Shown here: in pieces, positions 10,906 through 21,945 of the stretch
Numbering within the stretch: position 1 is the stretch's first letter
How the letters are laid out: every line of letters starts with the position of its first letter
DNA from: an uncultured Nitrospiraceae bacterium
Lineage (GTDB): Bacteria > Nitrospirota > Nitrospiria > Nitrospirales > Nitrospiraceae
DNA: 64,000 nucleotides
Direction of reading: 5' to 3'
Assembly: GCA_963706325.1 (NCBI GenBank)
Contig: CAVPLT010000002.1
Span: forward strand, 64,001-128,000
Position numbers and translations under genes: made by a program
The notes under the pieces: model-generated
Told to the model about the DNA's origin: nothing
The model's input: the letters and a program-made list of their open reading frames with translations, nothing else
Database searches by the model: none

Positions 10906-11508
10906 ATGATTAAACCCATATCGGCCGGCCTCCCTGAAGGCTTTGACTATCTGCCTGACTTTCTTTCCGTGAGTGAGGAGCGCGCCATCCTCGATCTGAT
11001 AGATGCACTGAAGTTCGGAACAGTCGAAATGCGCGGAATGGTAGCCAAGCGAAAGGTCCTGCATTTTGGTTGGATGTACGGCTACGAATCGTGGAGGATC
11101 ACGCGGGCAGAACCCATTGCAGATTGGCTCTTGGCTCTGCGCGAACGGGCGGCAGTCCTCATGCAGGAGTCTGCAGAAAATATCGAGGAGGTCCAGCTCA
11201 GCCAATATTCTCCCGGAGCCGGTATCGGCTGGCATCGTGATGCGCCGATGTTCGGACCGGCAGTCGTGGGGATATCTCTTCTGGGGACCTGCCGGCTTCG
11301 GTTTCAACGGAAGCGAGGAGATGTTCGTGAACAGGCTGAGTGCAGTTTGGAGCCTCGTTCCGCCTACGTGCTAAACGGCCAGGCCCGCGCCATGTGGCAA
11401 CATTCCGATTCCCGATACCAAGGCCACGCGGTATTCCATCACTTTGCGCACCCTCAAAAGGAAAGTGACCCGATCATCGATAAGTCGCCGGCACTGCTCG
11501 AGGGGTAG
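10906..11508 (+). CDS. AlkB-family 2OG-Fe(II) dioxygenase, frameshift near 11407
   Basis: YSPGAGIGWHRD, WQHS then IPDTKATRYSITLRTL in the next frame. Confidence 0.82.
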   Translation: MIKPISAGLPEGFDYLPDFLSVSEERAILDLIDALKFGTVEMRGMVAKRKVLHFGWMYGYESWRITRAEPIADWLLALRERAAVLMQESAENIEEVQLSQYSPGAGIGWHRDAPMFGPAVVGISLLGTCRLRFQRKRGDVREQAECSLEPRSAYVLNGQARAMWQHSDSRYQGHAVFHHFAHPQKESDPIIDKSPALLEG

Positions 11509-11559
11509 ATCTTCAGGTTGGGTGTGGCCTCGATGGGATTTTCGGCGCCATCAGGTCTT

Positions 11560-11883
11560 TCAAATCTCCGCATCGTCCTCCAAAATGTCCTCTGCCCAGC
11601 TCAAAGCCGCTGATACAGTCGGAAACCCGAGCGTGCTCGTGAGCAAGATAATGGCGTGGCGAATCTCGTCGCTAGTGGCGCCGTTCTCTCGGGCTTGCCG
11701 GACATGGCTATGCACGCCACCTTCCGAATGAATCGCGATGGATGCGGCGAGTTGAAGGAGATGCGCCGACTTGTCGTCGAGAGGGCCCTGTTCCTTCAAC
11801 GTTTTCCCGAGTGTCTCCACGGCCGTGATGAATTCCGTCTGTTTGCGTTTCTCAGACTGGTAATGAGTGGGTACCTCTGCCAT
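11560..11883 (-). CDS. Carboxymuconolactone decarboxylase-family protein
   Basis: GPLDDKSAHLLQLAA, HSHVRQARENGATSDEIRHA, GFP. Confidence 0.87.
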   Translation of the reverse strand: MAEVPTHYQSEKRKQTEFITAVETLGKTLKEQGPLDDKSAHLLQLAASIAIHSEGGVHSHVRQARENGATSDEIRHAIILLTSTLGFPTVSAALSWAEDILEDDAEI

Positions 11884-12077
11884 AAATCCTCCTCGAAGGT
11901 AGTAACTCTGCTTCGGATTCTGCGCTGCCCACTCCCGGCGGGTGCAAGTTAACCTCTCGCCAGAACACTAGTGCTGGGCATTCCCTATACTCGTACCTTG
12001 ATTCACTTTGGTCCTTTGCTCGAGCCGTACTCTCGGTGTGGCAAAATCACCCCTGGTCGATCTACCGATTCCTGCCG

Positions 12078-13244
12078 CTATGGTTTCAGGACAATTTTGA
12101 TGCACTCATCCTCTTTATGAAGGAACTGCGAGAATCCTTGCGGCGCCTCGTCCAGTCCCATCCGGTGAGTGATGATGAAGCTGGGATCGATTTCGCCGCG
12201 CTGAATGCGTTCCAGCAAGGGCTGCATGTAGCGTTGCACATGAGCCTGCCCCGTTTTGATCGTGAGGGACCGATTCATGACGGACCCTATCGGGAACTTA
12301 TCGATAAATCCGGCATAGACGCCGATGACCGAGACCGTTCCCCCGTTTCGGCAGCACTGAATGGCCTGGCGCAAGGCATAGGGCCGGTCAGTTTCCAACA
12401 TCATGACCTGCTTGACCCGATCGTAAGCTCCCATCAGCCCAGGCCCATGGGCCTCCATCCCAACCGCATCAATACATCCGTCGGGGCCGCGACCGCCGGT
12501 CATTTCCATCAAGCTGTCATACACGGGCTGTTCTTCGTAATTGAGAGTTTCGGCTCCCCCTTCGCCGGCCATACGCAAACGTTCCGGAAAGCGGTCGATG
12601 GCAATGACCCTTTCGGCGCCTAACAGAAATGCGCTGCGGATCGAGAATTGGCCGACCGGACCGCAGCCCCATACAGCGATCGTATCGCCAGGCTTGATGT
12701 TGCAATTTTCGGCGGCCATGTAGCCGGTCGGAAAGATATCGGAAAGAAACAGCGCTTGGTCGTCAGAGATGCCGTCGGGAATCTTGATCGTCCCGACATC
12801 GGCGAAGGGAACCCTGGCGTATTCTGCCTGACCTCCGGCAAATCCGCCCAGCATGTGCGAATACCCAAAAATGCCGGCAGGGGAGTGTCCCATCATGCCT
12901 TCGGCGATCCAGGCGTTAGGATTCGAGTTTTCGCAGAGAGAAAACAGTTGGTCTCTGCAAAACCGGCATCGCCCACAGGCGATGGGAAACGCCGTCACCA
13001 CGCGATCACCGACCTGAAGATGGCTAATCTCACTCCCAACTTCTACCACTTCACCCATGAACTCATGTCCCAGAATGTCTCCGGCCTTCATCGTCGGTAT
13101 GAACCCATTATAGATATGTAGATCCGATCCGCAGATCGCCGTCGACGACACCTTGAGAATGACGTCGCGCCGATTGAGGATCTTGGGGTCGGGAACATTC
13201 TCAACTCGCAAATCCTGCTTACCGTACCAACAATTTGCTTTCAT
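12078..13244 (-). CDS. Zinc-dependent alcohol/formaldehyde dehydrogenase (MDR family)
   Basis: ICGSDLH, GHEFMG, CGRCRFC...[16 protein letters not shown]. Confidence 0.93.
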   Translation of the reverse strand: MKANCWYGKQDLRVENVPDPKILNRRDVILKVSSTAICGSDLHIYNGFIPTMKAGDILGHEFMGEVVEVGSEISHLQVGDRVVTAFPIACGRCRFCRDQLFSLCENSNPNAWIAEGMMGHSPAGIFGYSHMLGGFAGGQAEYARVPFADVGTIKIPDGISDDQALFLSDIFPTGYMAAENCNIKPGDTIAVWGCGPVGQFSIRSAFLLGAERVIAIDRFPERLRMAGEGGAETLNYEEQPVYDSLMEMTGGRGPDGCIDAVGMEAHGPGLMGAYDRVKQVMMLETDRPYALRQAIQCCRNGGTVSVIGVYAGFIDKFPIGSVMNRSLTIKTGQAHVQRYMQPLLERIQRGEIDPSFIITHRMGLDEAPQGFSQFLHKEDECIKIVLKP

Positions 13245-13305
13245 CGTGGACTCCTTTATTTTTCAGCCGCACTCTTCGGTGTGATGGGTCGCTGTGAAGA
13301 GTCTT

Positions 13306-14352
13306 TTAGCGGTCGGTGGATGCTCCGATGGGTCGTCCAGGTCGTTGTTCCGTGAGGCCGGTACCCGCAATGGACGAGTCCGATTGCAGAACTTCCCCAG
13401 TCTCCATGATTTGTTTGAATCGTCGAAGATTGCTCATAACCATTTGACCAGGCTCGTGACCCAACACCTTAGCTAGGGCGGCTCCAATCATTCCGGCAGG
13501 CATGTTGTATTCCATCACGACCTTGACGATCGTGCCACGCTGGCCGGTGGCAGGAAAAAACTCGACTGAGCCGCTGTGGTCAATGGAGGCCTGCTCAGTG
13601 GTCCGCCAGGCGATGCGGCGATTCGGGATATCGTCGGTAATTTCCGCATCCCATTCCACTGGCGCCCCTCCAGGTCCCCGTACGGTCCAATGTGAATGCC
13701 GGTCATTCGCTATCTCTACAGATTTGATCTCCGTCATGAAGCGGGAAAGATTCGTGAAATCCCGCCAGAATGTATAGAGGTCTTCCGCTGAACGATCGAT
13801 GGTCACGGTTTTTTTGACAAGAATGGCTCCATTCTCGGTCGTCCAACCGACCATGCGACTCAAATTTTGGCTGCTCCACCAATCGAGGACCGTTACTCCC
13901 AGCACAGCCATTAAGGCAGTGGTTGTTCGAGCGCGCTTGGCTTGCGGGGAGGCCAGGGCCGCTCCCAGGCAAGCGATATCCATGGCGTCGCCGGCGACTC
14001 TGGACCAGACCCAGCCGGCGGGCCGGCGGTCGGAGAGGATACCGACGCCGCTGGTCAGTTCCCGCAATCCCAAGGCACGGATCAGAAATTGGTGGTCGTC
14101 TTGAAGGCCGACCACTCGGGCAATAGCGCGGGGAGCGAGGATCTCGGCCATACCCAGTCCTACACTGAACCACCCCAGCGCGTACGCGAGAGACTCATGC
14201 GCGTCTTCTCTGGAAACTCTCCGCGGCCTTGCGCTTGCCAGACGACGCGCCGGTCTGGAGGCGTCCGTATCCACTGACTCGTTGTGCGAACCCGCACGCG
14301 GATCTGCATAATCCATGGTGATGCTCCTGCCGGAGTGGTCTCGGTTTGACAT
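13306..14352 (-). CDS. SRPBCC (cyclase/dehydrase) protein with N-terminal membrane domain
   Basis: LYTFWRDFTNLSRFM, SHWTVRGP, WDAEITDD, LRRFKQIMETGE; typical partner of the downstream Zn-ADH. Confidence 0.87.
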   Translation of the reverse strand: MSNRDHSGRSITMDYADPRAGSHNESVDTDASRPARRLASARPRRVSREDAHESLAYALGWFSVGLGMAEILAPRAIARVVGLQDDHQFLIRALGLRELTSGVGILSDRRPAGWVWSRVAGDAMDIACLGAALASPQAKRARTTTALMAVLGVTVLDWWSSQNLSRMVGWTTENGAILVKKTVTIDRSAEDLYTFWRDFTNLSRFMTEIKSVEIANDRHSHWTVRGPGGAPVEWDAEITDDIPNRRIAWRTTEQASIDHSGSVEFFPATGQRGTIVKVVMEYNMPAGMIGAALAKVLGHEPGQMVMSNLRRFKQIMETGEVLQSDSSIAGTGLTEQRPGRPIGASTDR

Positions 14353-15062
14353 AGGGAGTCTCCTTTTTCATTCGGTGTTGAGAAGTCCTGCCTATTTTCG
14401 TGTGGAACGACTGTGTTTTCCAGCGACCTGTTTCTGACTCGGCCTTGGAGAGCTGTTCTCATCGACAGGTCTTCTATAGGCTGCTTTGTTGCCGAGGCCA
14501 CTTTAGCCAGCAAAGGCGTGCTCTTTTCAGGCATACGTGGCGTGAATATGAAGCGAGTCGCTTATCGATTCACGTCAACCTCTCGCAAGCAACGTGCCGC
14601 TTTATATCCATACTAGCGATACCCGACCAGTGTCGTTTTGCGGATTCATCGTGGGAGTCATGCAAGCGGAGACTCTCGGGTCGCTGAGTGAAAACCGTTG
14701 CAGGGCAGTCTTTTCATAAGCATGGATCGGCCATGAGGTTGACTCCACGCGCTGGGACAGAGCCTAGGTGTAAGAGATTGAGCGAACCGCCGCAGTCGAA
14801 CCGGTCGTCTGGACAAGGCTTGCGGGGACAAGTTGTCGGCATGGGACAAATGGTCCGCGAATCTTGCGGTTCAATCGTAGCTGCCGCCTGATCAAGTCAT
14901 CACTTTCCTCCCTCTCTTTCCGTCGAGAGCCCCATTTAATGGGGCCGCGAGACCTGTGCCGATCTAGAGTGCTCCGATCGGTTCACCCGCAGTACTTCGG
15001 CCCAGCGTTTGCAAAGGGTCCACCGACAAGAGGTTTTAATTTTTCCATAAAAGGAGGATGCG

Positions 15063-16043
15063 ATGGTTTCATCACGACGCGCTGTACAGGGAGTTATTGC
15101 TTCTGGTCTATTGTTAGGGACAGCTTTGACCTGTTTAGCGCAATCGGGGGCACCGGTCCAGGAGCAGCCGAGGGACGTAGCGCCCGGCACGGTTGAGCAA
15201 TCGGGGTCACCGGTCCAACAGCAGCCGAAGGATGGAGGACCCCGCACGCTCGAGGGTGATCGCACGATCCAGCAGCAAGAGCAAGCGGAGCGTGATCGAG
15301 CCCTTGCGCAAGATCGCGCTGCAGGGCGCCCAGTCGTGCAAGAGCGCGTGGTTGAACGACGACGCGAAGGGGAAGTCTACGTGTCGGGGTTTGGCGGATT
15401 CACCTGGGGCCATAACTTTTCCGGTGTGGAAGGGCAAGGTACGGTTGGGGGGCAACAGTTTGGCGGACTGGACTTGAAGGACTCCGGGGTGTACGGCGCC
15501 AAGGTCGGGTATTTTCATCCGGGACGATTGAATTGGTTAGGACTCGAAGTTGAAGGCTTCAATACTAACCCGCATATCGAACAGGGGGGGGGCATTCCAG
15601 GAACACACCTGCGTGTGACCACGCTCGCCTTTAATGTCATCGCTCGCACCAAGGTCGGCTGCCGCAACCGTGATGACGCGCGCAGGCGGGACGATGGGCG
15701 TGTCGCCACAGACGGGACCGTGCGCGGGTCGGATGACCGCACAGAGTTGTCGCCGTTGGAGGATAATGCTCGTTGCCCGCTGCAACTCTACGCGGGCGTG
15801 GGGCCCGGCATTTTCTTTGCCGAAACCTCGAACCAGTTCGGCCGGAGCACGGATAATGGCCGAGTAGGCGTCAATGCGCTGGCTGGGGCAAAGTTTTTCC
15901 TGACTCGCAACTTCGCCCTCTACGCAGAGTATAAATTCAATTACGCGCACTTCGATTTCAGCCAAGCGCTAGGTACGAACGCCGGGTTCGCGGGGGATTA
16001 CAAGGCGAGCCATGTGGTCGGTGGGTTGGCGTGGCATTTTTAG
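15063..16043 (+). CDS. Outer-membrane beta-barrel protein
   Basis: Signal peptide, amphipathic strands (YGAKVGYF, LYAEYKFN), C-terminal GGLAWHF. Confidence 0.85.
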   Translation: MVSSRRAVQGVIASGLLLGTALTCLAQSGAPVQEQPRDVAPGTVEQSGSPVQQQPKDGGPRTLEGDRTIQQQEQAERDRALAQDRAAGRPVVQERVVERRREGEVYVSGFGGFTWGHNFSGVEGQGTVGGQQFGGLDLKDSGVYGAKVGYFHPGRLNWLGLEVEGFNTNPHIEQGGGIPGTHLRVTTLAFNVIARTKVGCRNRDDARRRDDGRVATDGTVRGSDDRTELSPLEDNARCPLQLYAGVGPGIFFAETSNQFGRSTDNGRVGVNALAGAKFFLTRNFALYAEYKFNYAHFDFSQALGTNAGFAGDYKASHVVGGLAWHF

Positions 16044-16088
16044 TCCCGACTACTGTATGGCTCAGACGGGGAGCCGTCGCGTGGATGT

Positions 16089-16124
16089 GAGCCGGAGGGG
16101 AAAACCAATCGTTCCCTCCGGCTC
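16089..16124 (+). terminator. Stem-loop after OMP gene (possible terminator or stabiliser)
   Basis: GAGCCGGAGGG...CCCTCCGGCTC 11-bp stem; no clear U-tract. Confidence 0.4.
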
Positions 16125-16172
16125 CTCACAGTGAAAAAAAGTTTTTCACTTTCGTGATTGAGAGGAGACGTC

Positions 16173-16391
16173 ATGCGAAGGATCCACCATGTATTTGCGC
16201 TCGGGTCTGCCGTCTTCCTGTGGAGCCTGACGGCCGGGTGTGATCAAGGAACCAAGCAATCGAATCAACCGGCTTCTGGTAATCCTGCAGCCACATCCTC
16301 AGAGCGAAAAGAAACACATCCTGAGCAACCGACCGGAACGCCCCAAAGCGGTGAAGTTCCGTCAGCGAGCGTTCCTCCTTCCAGCCGTTAG
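16173..16391 (+). CDS. Small putative lipoprotein
   Basis: GAGGAG RBS; hydrophobic leader with LTAGC lipobox; low-complexity tail. Confidence 0.6.
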   Translation: MRRIHHVFALGSAVFLWSLTAGCDQGTKQSNQPASGNPAATSSERKETHPEQPTGTPQSGEVPSASVPPSSR

Positions 16392-16509
16392 ACCGTCACG
16401 CGGTCATGATATGCGGGAGGACCAGCATTGCCGCTGTCTCAATTCCATCTCTCCAGCTGGATACTCTTGCGTGATTGAGCTTCTCTTTGAGTAACGAGAA
16501 CGGAAGGCT

Positions 16510-16854
16510 TTAGGGACCCCCTTTCGACGTCCACTTGGGTGCGGGCTCTCCAAACACTTTCCGCATTTTCCTTTGCGCGTTCCAACCTAGATTTTTGAAT
16601 GGGGCTCAGTAGCTTGCCTGCTCGATCGATATGGAATTGAGCGTGGACATTGCCGACAGAAAGGGCGTTCCTTTGCGCCGGTGACTACTGTCTGCGGACC
16701 GCTTCAACGACCTCGCGATTTCGCCGGCAGTCCGTTTCGTGAAGACGTCCTCGTGCAAGTCTAGGGCATCGCTACGCTTCATGACATCGGTGGACCACTT
16801 GCGACTCTTCTTGTGGACTGCGGTCGATGATTTAGATTCCGACTTGCTGGGCAT
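16510..16854 (-). pseudogene. DUF3175-like protein, frameshifted near 3' end (end approximate)
   Basis: KWSTDVMKRSDALDL...EIARSLKRSA...SAMSTLN, then IDRAGK...RLERAK in another frame. Confidence 0.7.
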
Positions 16855-17234
16855 TGGTACCTCCTCTGTCCCCCCTGCGATATGAAAGGGGAAACCCTGT
16901 TCCCGTAATTCTTGCACCTCATTGATAGCGACAGGATCAAGATCATGCACCGCGCTAGACAAGATCAACTTGGACGCGGCCTCGGGATCGTCCCAATGTG
17001 AAAAAGTGCCGCAGTTCTCGAACCAGTGCAGTTGTGCGCTCGAAAAAAGTTTCAAGTGCACGTCCGGCCTGGCCGGGAAACAGACCCGGTCTTTCGCACC
17101 CAGCCTATGACGAGCTCTACGGGGTGGGCCCGCGTCAAACCGCCGGCAGGATTTTTTCTACGTCTAGGCAGCGATGGTATCTTTGACGTCCTTCGTGAGG
17201 ATCTGGTTGCCATCTCATTTTTCTTTATAGGCGC

Positions 17235-17471
17235 TCACCGGCCTTCTCTGCTTTTCTTCTTGAGCGCATTGGCTTGATGTGCGGCCTTCTTTCCACTCTT
17301 TTCGCTCTGCACGAGATATTCAGGATGAGTGCGCGAGGCTGCTACATCGTGTCCCTTGATCTTCATCCGAGAAGTCTGCTTTTTGACGACGCGCCCGCTG
17401 GTTTTGCCTTGCGACGTTTTCCATTCGACGCGATCGCCGGGTTTGAGTTCGCGTGAGGGTTTCTCGGCCAC
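17235..17471 (-). CDS. DUF2945 (Hva1/Tudor-like) stress protein
   Basis: LKPGDRVEWKTSQG, PEYLVQSEKSGKKAAH. Confidence 0.82.
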   Translation of the reverse strand: MAEKPSRELKPGDRVEWKTSQGKTSGRVVKKQTSRMKIKGHDVAASRTHPEYLVQSEKSGKKAAHQANALKKKSREGR

Positions 17472-17612
17472 CGTGTTCCTTTCCAGAGGGACTATGCCTC
17501 GGGGCACGCAATCAAGGGAACCGACTGCCATCGCCGCGCCGTCTCCGACGGTTTGAGTTGGTTCACGGGGTATCACTATGTCGAGCCTCGGCCATATGTC
17601 GAGCCTCGCCTA

Positions 17613-18722
17613 TCATACGGGCCGTTCGGGTTCGGAGCGTGGCATGTGCGGCTCCGTTTCCTGGGAGAGTCCTCGCCGTGCGTGCGGACGCCTGCTCTCG
17701 TAGAACCGGTTTGCGGAAGGGTGCCACATCGCTTTGATCAAAAGCCCGGTGCCGATGAGCGCCGCTCCCGTCAATAGCGGATGCAGCGAAGCGGTCGTAT
17801 AGAGACTGGATTCCGAGACATGGCCTTGATAGTCGCCTCTTTCCTGCAGGTCGCCGGAAGGCCGATCCAGGGCATTATCGTGACGAGGTCTCGTCGGAGG
17901 ACGATCACTCTGTTGCTGCTTGGCAAAGAGCGACTCCATCAATAGATCGGCAAGTCGGGGCGCATAGTAACCGAGCATCGGAATCCCTTTGCCGCCGGCT
18001 CCGACGTACACGTTCCGTTCACTGGTCTCAGCACAGTGCAGGATCGTCCGAGCGACCGTCTCTGGCGCATAGACGGGGGGAGGATTGGTGGGCTCGCTCT
18101 TCATATAGTTTTTGGCATGTTGAGAATAGGGAGTCGCAATGGCACCCGGTTGAATCAGCGTGACCGAAGCTGGAATGCGCTCCATCTCCAATTCCATGCG
18201 GAGCGCGTCGGTAAATCCTTTCACAGCGTGCTTGGAAGCGGAATAGATTCCTTGGAGAACCAGGGCGCGATCCGACAGGGTGCTCCCGACGTTGATGATG
18301 GCGCCGGGTTGGTGGCGTTCTTTCAGGTGCCGGGCCGCTTCCAGAGACCCGTACACCAGTCCCCAAAAGTTCGTCTCGAACAAGCGCCGCATGTCCTCGA
18401 TCGGCTCATCCATCAGTTTGCCGTAGATAGACACGCCCGCATTATTGACCCATGTGTCGAAGCCTCCGAACTTCTGGCAGGCGATGCGTGAAATGCGCTG
18501 CACGTCGGCGGGTCTCCCCACATCGGCCGTGACGGTGACCGCTCGATTGCCGCCGTCCGATAACTCGCGCTCAAGTTCGATGAGAGCGCCTTCACCGCGG
18601 GCCGCCAGGACGAGCCTCGCGCCACGTCGCGCTGCCGTGCGAGCCGTCGTTAAACCGATGCCGGAAGTCGCCCCGGTGATGACATGATCTGATGACGGAA
18701 GCTTTTTAAGTGTTATCGACAT
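17613..18722 (-). CDS. SDR-family oxidoreductase
   Basis: ITGATSGIG, NNAG, YSASK. Confidence 0.92.
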   Translation of the reverse strand: MSITLKKLPSSDHVITGATSGIGLTTARTAARRGARLVLAARGEGALIELERELSDGGNRAVTVTADVGRPADVQRISRIACQKFGGFDTWVNNAGVSIYGKLMDEPIEDMRRLFETNFWGLVYGSLEAARHLKERHQPGAIINVGSTLSDRALVLQGIYSASKHAVKGFTDALRMELEMERIPASVTLIQPGAIATPYSQHAKNYMKSEPTNPPPVYAPETVARTILHCAETSERNVYVGAGGKGIPMLGYYAPRLADLLMESLFAKQQQSDRPPTRPRHDNALDRPSGDLQERGDYQGHVSESSLYTTASLHPLLTGAALIGTGLLIKAMWHPSANRFYESRRPHARRGLSQETEPHMPRSEPERPV

Positions 18723-18923
18723 GAGAAAACGGTCCTTTCTCGGGTAGTAACACCGAAAAGCGAAGCCTCATTGATAATTTCCGATTACTTGTCGGATGGA
18801 CGCCGGTCTTCGTCTGCAATCCGTTCCTGTACCCCTCCGCTCATGCCGGTGCCGGTCGGCATGCCCTCGTACAGGCTCCAATGGAACGGGTCCCTGCCGC
18901 ACCGCCCTGGGTGTGATGAGATG

Positions 18924-19904
18924 TCAATGAGGCTGAGGGACATGAAACGTGTAGGTGTCGCCATGGCTCAAATAATGGACCTGCTTTTCAAGGCCCGCGT
19001 CTTTGACCGCCTGCTGAAAGTCAGAGAGCGGTGATTTGAAGACGTCATAGTCGTCGTAGTGGATGGGGATCGACAGCCGCGGCTTCACCAGTTGCATCAC
19101 CTCGACGCCTTGTTTCGCGTCCATCGTGACCATGATACCGAGGACTCTGGTACCGCCAAGATGCAGCAGCGCCAGATGAATGTCGGGATAGCGACGCGGA
19201 ATTTCTTTCAAATCGTCGATCAGCAGCGTGTCCCCCGTGATGTACATTCTGAAGGTCGGGCTGTCCGGGGCGGAACGAAATTCCAGCATGCTTCCCATCA
19301 CGTCAGGAAGGAGCGAGTCCACTACCGGAGGGCCGTGCCGTCCAGGCATTGAGGTCACTTGGAGGCTGGCCTCGCCTTTCTTCACGGTCTTTGTCGACCA
19401 GGTGGCCACTGCCGAGGCGTTTTTGAATCCCCTCTCACGCAGTGCCACGGTCGCTTCGGGAGTGGTCAGGATCGGCAAAGACTTATCCAATTCCCGCTCC
19501 GCGACTTGATCGAAATGATCCCCGTGAAAGTGCGAGAGCAAGATCAAGTCCAAGGGCGGAAGCTCTCCGATGTCCATAGCCGGATCGGTCAGCCGAGTGG
19601 TGTGCAGGCCATAGCCGATCGGCACCTGCTCGTGTTTGTGAATGAAGGTGGGGTCCGTCAAAATCGTAAACCCCGCATAGCGGATGAGAACCGTGGCGTT
19701 CCCGATGAAGGTCACCGACCCGTTGGCCTTGTCCGGTGATTTTTCAGACGCCGGCAGAGTCATGTCGGCGGCCACGGGGGACTTAGCTCCAGGGACGCCT
19801 TCCGTTGTTCCGGCCTGCGAATGGCAAGCCGTGAATAGCATGCCCATTAGAAACCAACTGATGTGCGTCAGAGTCGTTCGTCCTGGTGACATCCGCATCG
19901 GCAT
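18924..19904 (-). CDS. MBL-fold metallo-hydrolase
   Basis: SHFHGDH, TGDT, IPIHYDDY; N-terminal signal/lipoprotein-like leader. Confidence 0.88.
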   Translation of the reverse strand: MPMRMSPGRTTLTHISWFLMGMLFTACHSQAGTTEGVPGAKSPVAADMTLPASEKSPDKANGSVTFIGNATVLIRYAGFTILTDPTFIHKHEQVPIGYGLHTTRLTDPAMDIGELPPLDLILLSHFHGDHFDQVAERELDKSLPILTTPEATVALRERGFKNASAVATWSTKTVKKGEASLQVTSMPGRHGPPVVDSLLPDVMGSMLEFRSAPDSPTFRMYITGDTLLIDDLKEIPRRYPDIHLALLHLGGTRVLGIMVTMDAKQGVEVMQLVKPRLSIPIHYDDYDVFKSPLSDFQQAVKDAGLEKQVHYLSHGDTYTFHVPQPH

Positions 19905-19929
19905 CTCCTTGTTCTTGCTGTAGCGAACG

Positions 19930-20267
19930 TGCTCGGATAGCCGCTGATCAGCTGACGCTGCAGCCGGCGAGGATCGGCCATGCTCAACTCGGTGGTGATG
20001 CCGATGAGCACGATTCGCCGAGCCTTTAGCTTATCTTTCTGATCCTGCATGAGAGAAATAAGCGGCGAGACCGCCAAGACGGCCTGAGGAAAAAAGTGAA
20101 GGGAGTTGAAACACAACGACGTGCCCCCGGTCAGGACCCCCGAGTGCCATGCGTCTGCTCATGGCCGCCTCAATCAAGGGCCGTTGACCCGGCCGATAAG
20201 CCTTCGCGCCGAGCCAACGCTGCGCCTTGCGTGCATTCGCCGGCGACCAACTCCATGCTTGGTTCAT
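19930..20267 (-). pseudogene. RecQ helicase N-terminal remnant
   Basis: YRPGQRPLIEAAM and VSPLISLMQDQ in different frames, then sequence ends. Confidence 0.65.
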
Positions 20268-20306
20268 AAGCCGTGTCGAGCGTCATGTATCGAGTTCATC
20301 GGCCAC

Positions 20307-21128
20307 TCATCGGGAGAGTGCCGCTTGCGCCTCCATGGTCTCCTTGAATCGCTGAAGGTCATCGGCGACCTTTTGGCCCGGATCCTGTCCGAAGAACCCT
20401 GCAATGGCTGCGCCGATCGGACCGGCTGGAGTGTCATATTGGAGCGTCACGGTGACCCGCGTGCCTTGACCGTCGCCCGCCGGCTGAAAGGCGACCGAAC
20501 CGGCATGTTCGACGGTAGCTCCGTTGACCGTTCGCCATCCTATTCGTTCGTTTTCGACCTCGTTGATGATTTCCGCGTCCCATTCGATGGTGGGCGCTCC
20601 CGGTATCGTTTCAACTACCCAATGAGACCGGCGATCATCGACGACCTGGACGCTTTGTACATGGCTCATCACCTGTGGCAAGTTGTCGAGTCGCCGCCAG
20701 AAGCGGTAGAGATCCTCGGGGGGTCTGTTGATGGTCACCGATTGTTCGATCTTCAGTGCCCGATCGGTCCGGATCTTTTGCCGACCTAGCGAAGACGTGT
20801 CATCTCCTTCGCGGCTCGAGATTCCCATCGCTCCGTAAGCGGCGCAGTATCCGGTAGTGGCCCGGTGCAAGAGCCCAATCCCAAGTAGGGCCGCGATGCC
20901 GCTGCTCATCCGAGAAGGCCGCATCACGCTACGCAGAAGGAGGCCCCCGCCAAGGATGCCTGAAAGGAGCCGCTCGGTATCACTCACGTTACTCTCGGCA
21001 TGACCTGAATCCCGTTTGCTACTCCCAGCCTGCTCCGTCTTCCCCTGCTCCATGTCCCTGCGATTGGGGTTGTGGCTCTCTTGCCCTGAGCGGGACGTCG
21101 TTCTGATACCGCCTCGCATATGTGCCAT
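20307..21128 (-). CDS. SRPBCC protein with DUF2892-like N-terminus
   Basis: NVSDTERLLS...TGYC; LYRFWRRLDNLPQVM, WDAEIINE. Confidence 0.87.
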   Translation of the reverse strand: MAHMRGGIRTTSRSGQESHNPNRRDMEQGKTEQAGSSKRDSGHAESNVSDTERLLSGILGGGLLLRSVMRPSRMSSGIAALLGIGLLHRATTGYCAAYGAMGISSREGDDTSSLGRQKIRTDRALKIEQSVTINRPPEDLYRFWRRLDNLPQVMSHVQSVQVVDDRRSHWVVETIPGAPTIEWDAEIINEVENERIGWRTVNGATVEHAGSVAFQPAGDGQGTRVTVTLQYDTPAGPIGAAIAGFFGQDPGQKVADDLQRFKETMEAQAALSR

Positions 21129-21546
21129 ACATCCTCCTCCTCTTTCTTGTTGGGGTTTCTTATTATTGGCTTGTGATCGGTCAATCTACTCTGGCTGTGG
21201 GCCAGGGTGCCTTGATGCGATCATTCTGTTTATGAGAACAAGGCTTCTCCGGAAAATCCCAAGGAACCGGTGGACATACATTTTGTGCAATTGTGAGGCC
21301 ATGGCTAATATGCGCACAGTGACATTAAAACAGTGCGCCCGAGCCGGAACATCGTCTCTGCCCACAAAAATCTAAGGACTGATTGTCTACCAACGGACAA
21401 CTTGTCCTACAGCAGTCCTGTGCCTGCTTGGTCAACCGTCCAGGGAACCTGTCTAATTCTACGCCGCAGAGTGTGGCTGAGGCCTTGCATAAGCATGAGC
21501 GACAGGCGGCCCGTGATGTGTGTGACTGGTGCCAAGGAGGTGCTAT

Positions 21547-21945
21547 ATGCCCGACCGGAGCGTGAAGAAAGTGTCGTCTGAATTTTCTCCCCGTGGTGAT
21601 ATGGGTCAGAAGTACCTGGCTTCCGGCATCAGTATCTCTATGCGGCTGTGGAATGCCTTGCCGCCTGCTCCTCCTTCTCCATTGACGAGGCGGGAATATG
21701 AAGTGGTCGGTTATGTGATTCAGGGTTGCGCCAAACTTGAAATCGAAGAGCAAACCGTCTGGCTCGAAGCCGGCGATTCGTGGGTGGTCCCAAAGGGATC
21801 CAATCATCGATATGAAATTATGGAGACATTTACAGCGGTCGAGGCGACGACTCCTCCGGCGCAGGTTCACGGTCGAGATGAAGCGGAACGCGAGGCCGAG
21901 CCGCAGTCGACTGGCAGCAATTGCGATGTCAATCAGGAGGCATGA
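21547..21945 (+). CDS. Cupin domain protein
   Basis: GQKYLASG, YEVVGYVIQG, GDSWVVPKGSNHRY; AGGAGG RBS. Confidence 0.85.
   Translation: MPDRSVKKVSSEFSPRGDMGQKYLASGISISMRLWNALPPAPPSPLTRREYEVVGYVIQGCAKLEIEEQTVWLEAGDSWVVPKGSNHRYEIMETFTAVEATTPPAQVHGRDEAEREAEPQSTGSNCDVNQEA

Noticed and set aside
16900..17200. Alpha/beta hydrolase gene
   Set aside because: Only a broken C-terminal scrap (LHWFENCG..HWDDPE) is visible; too little to annotate with bounds.
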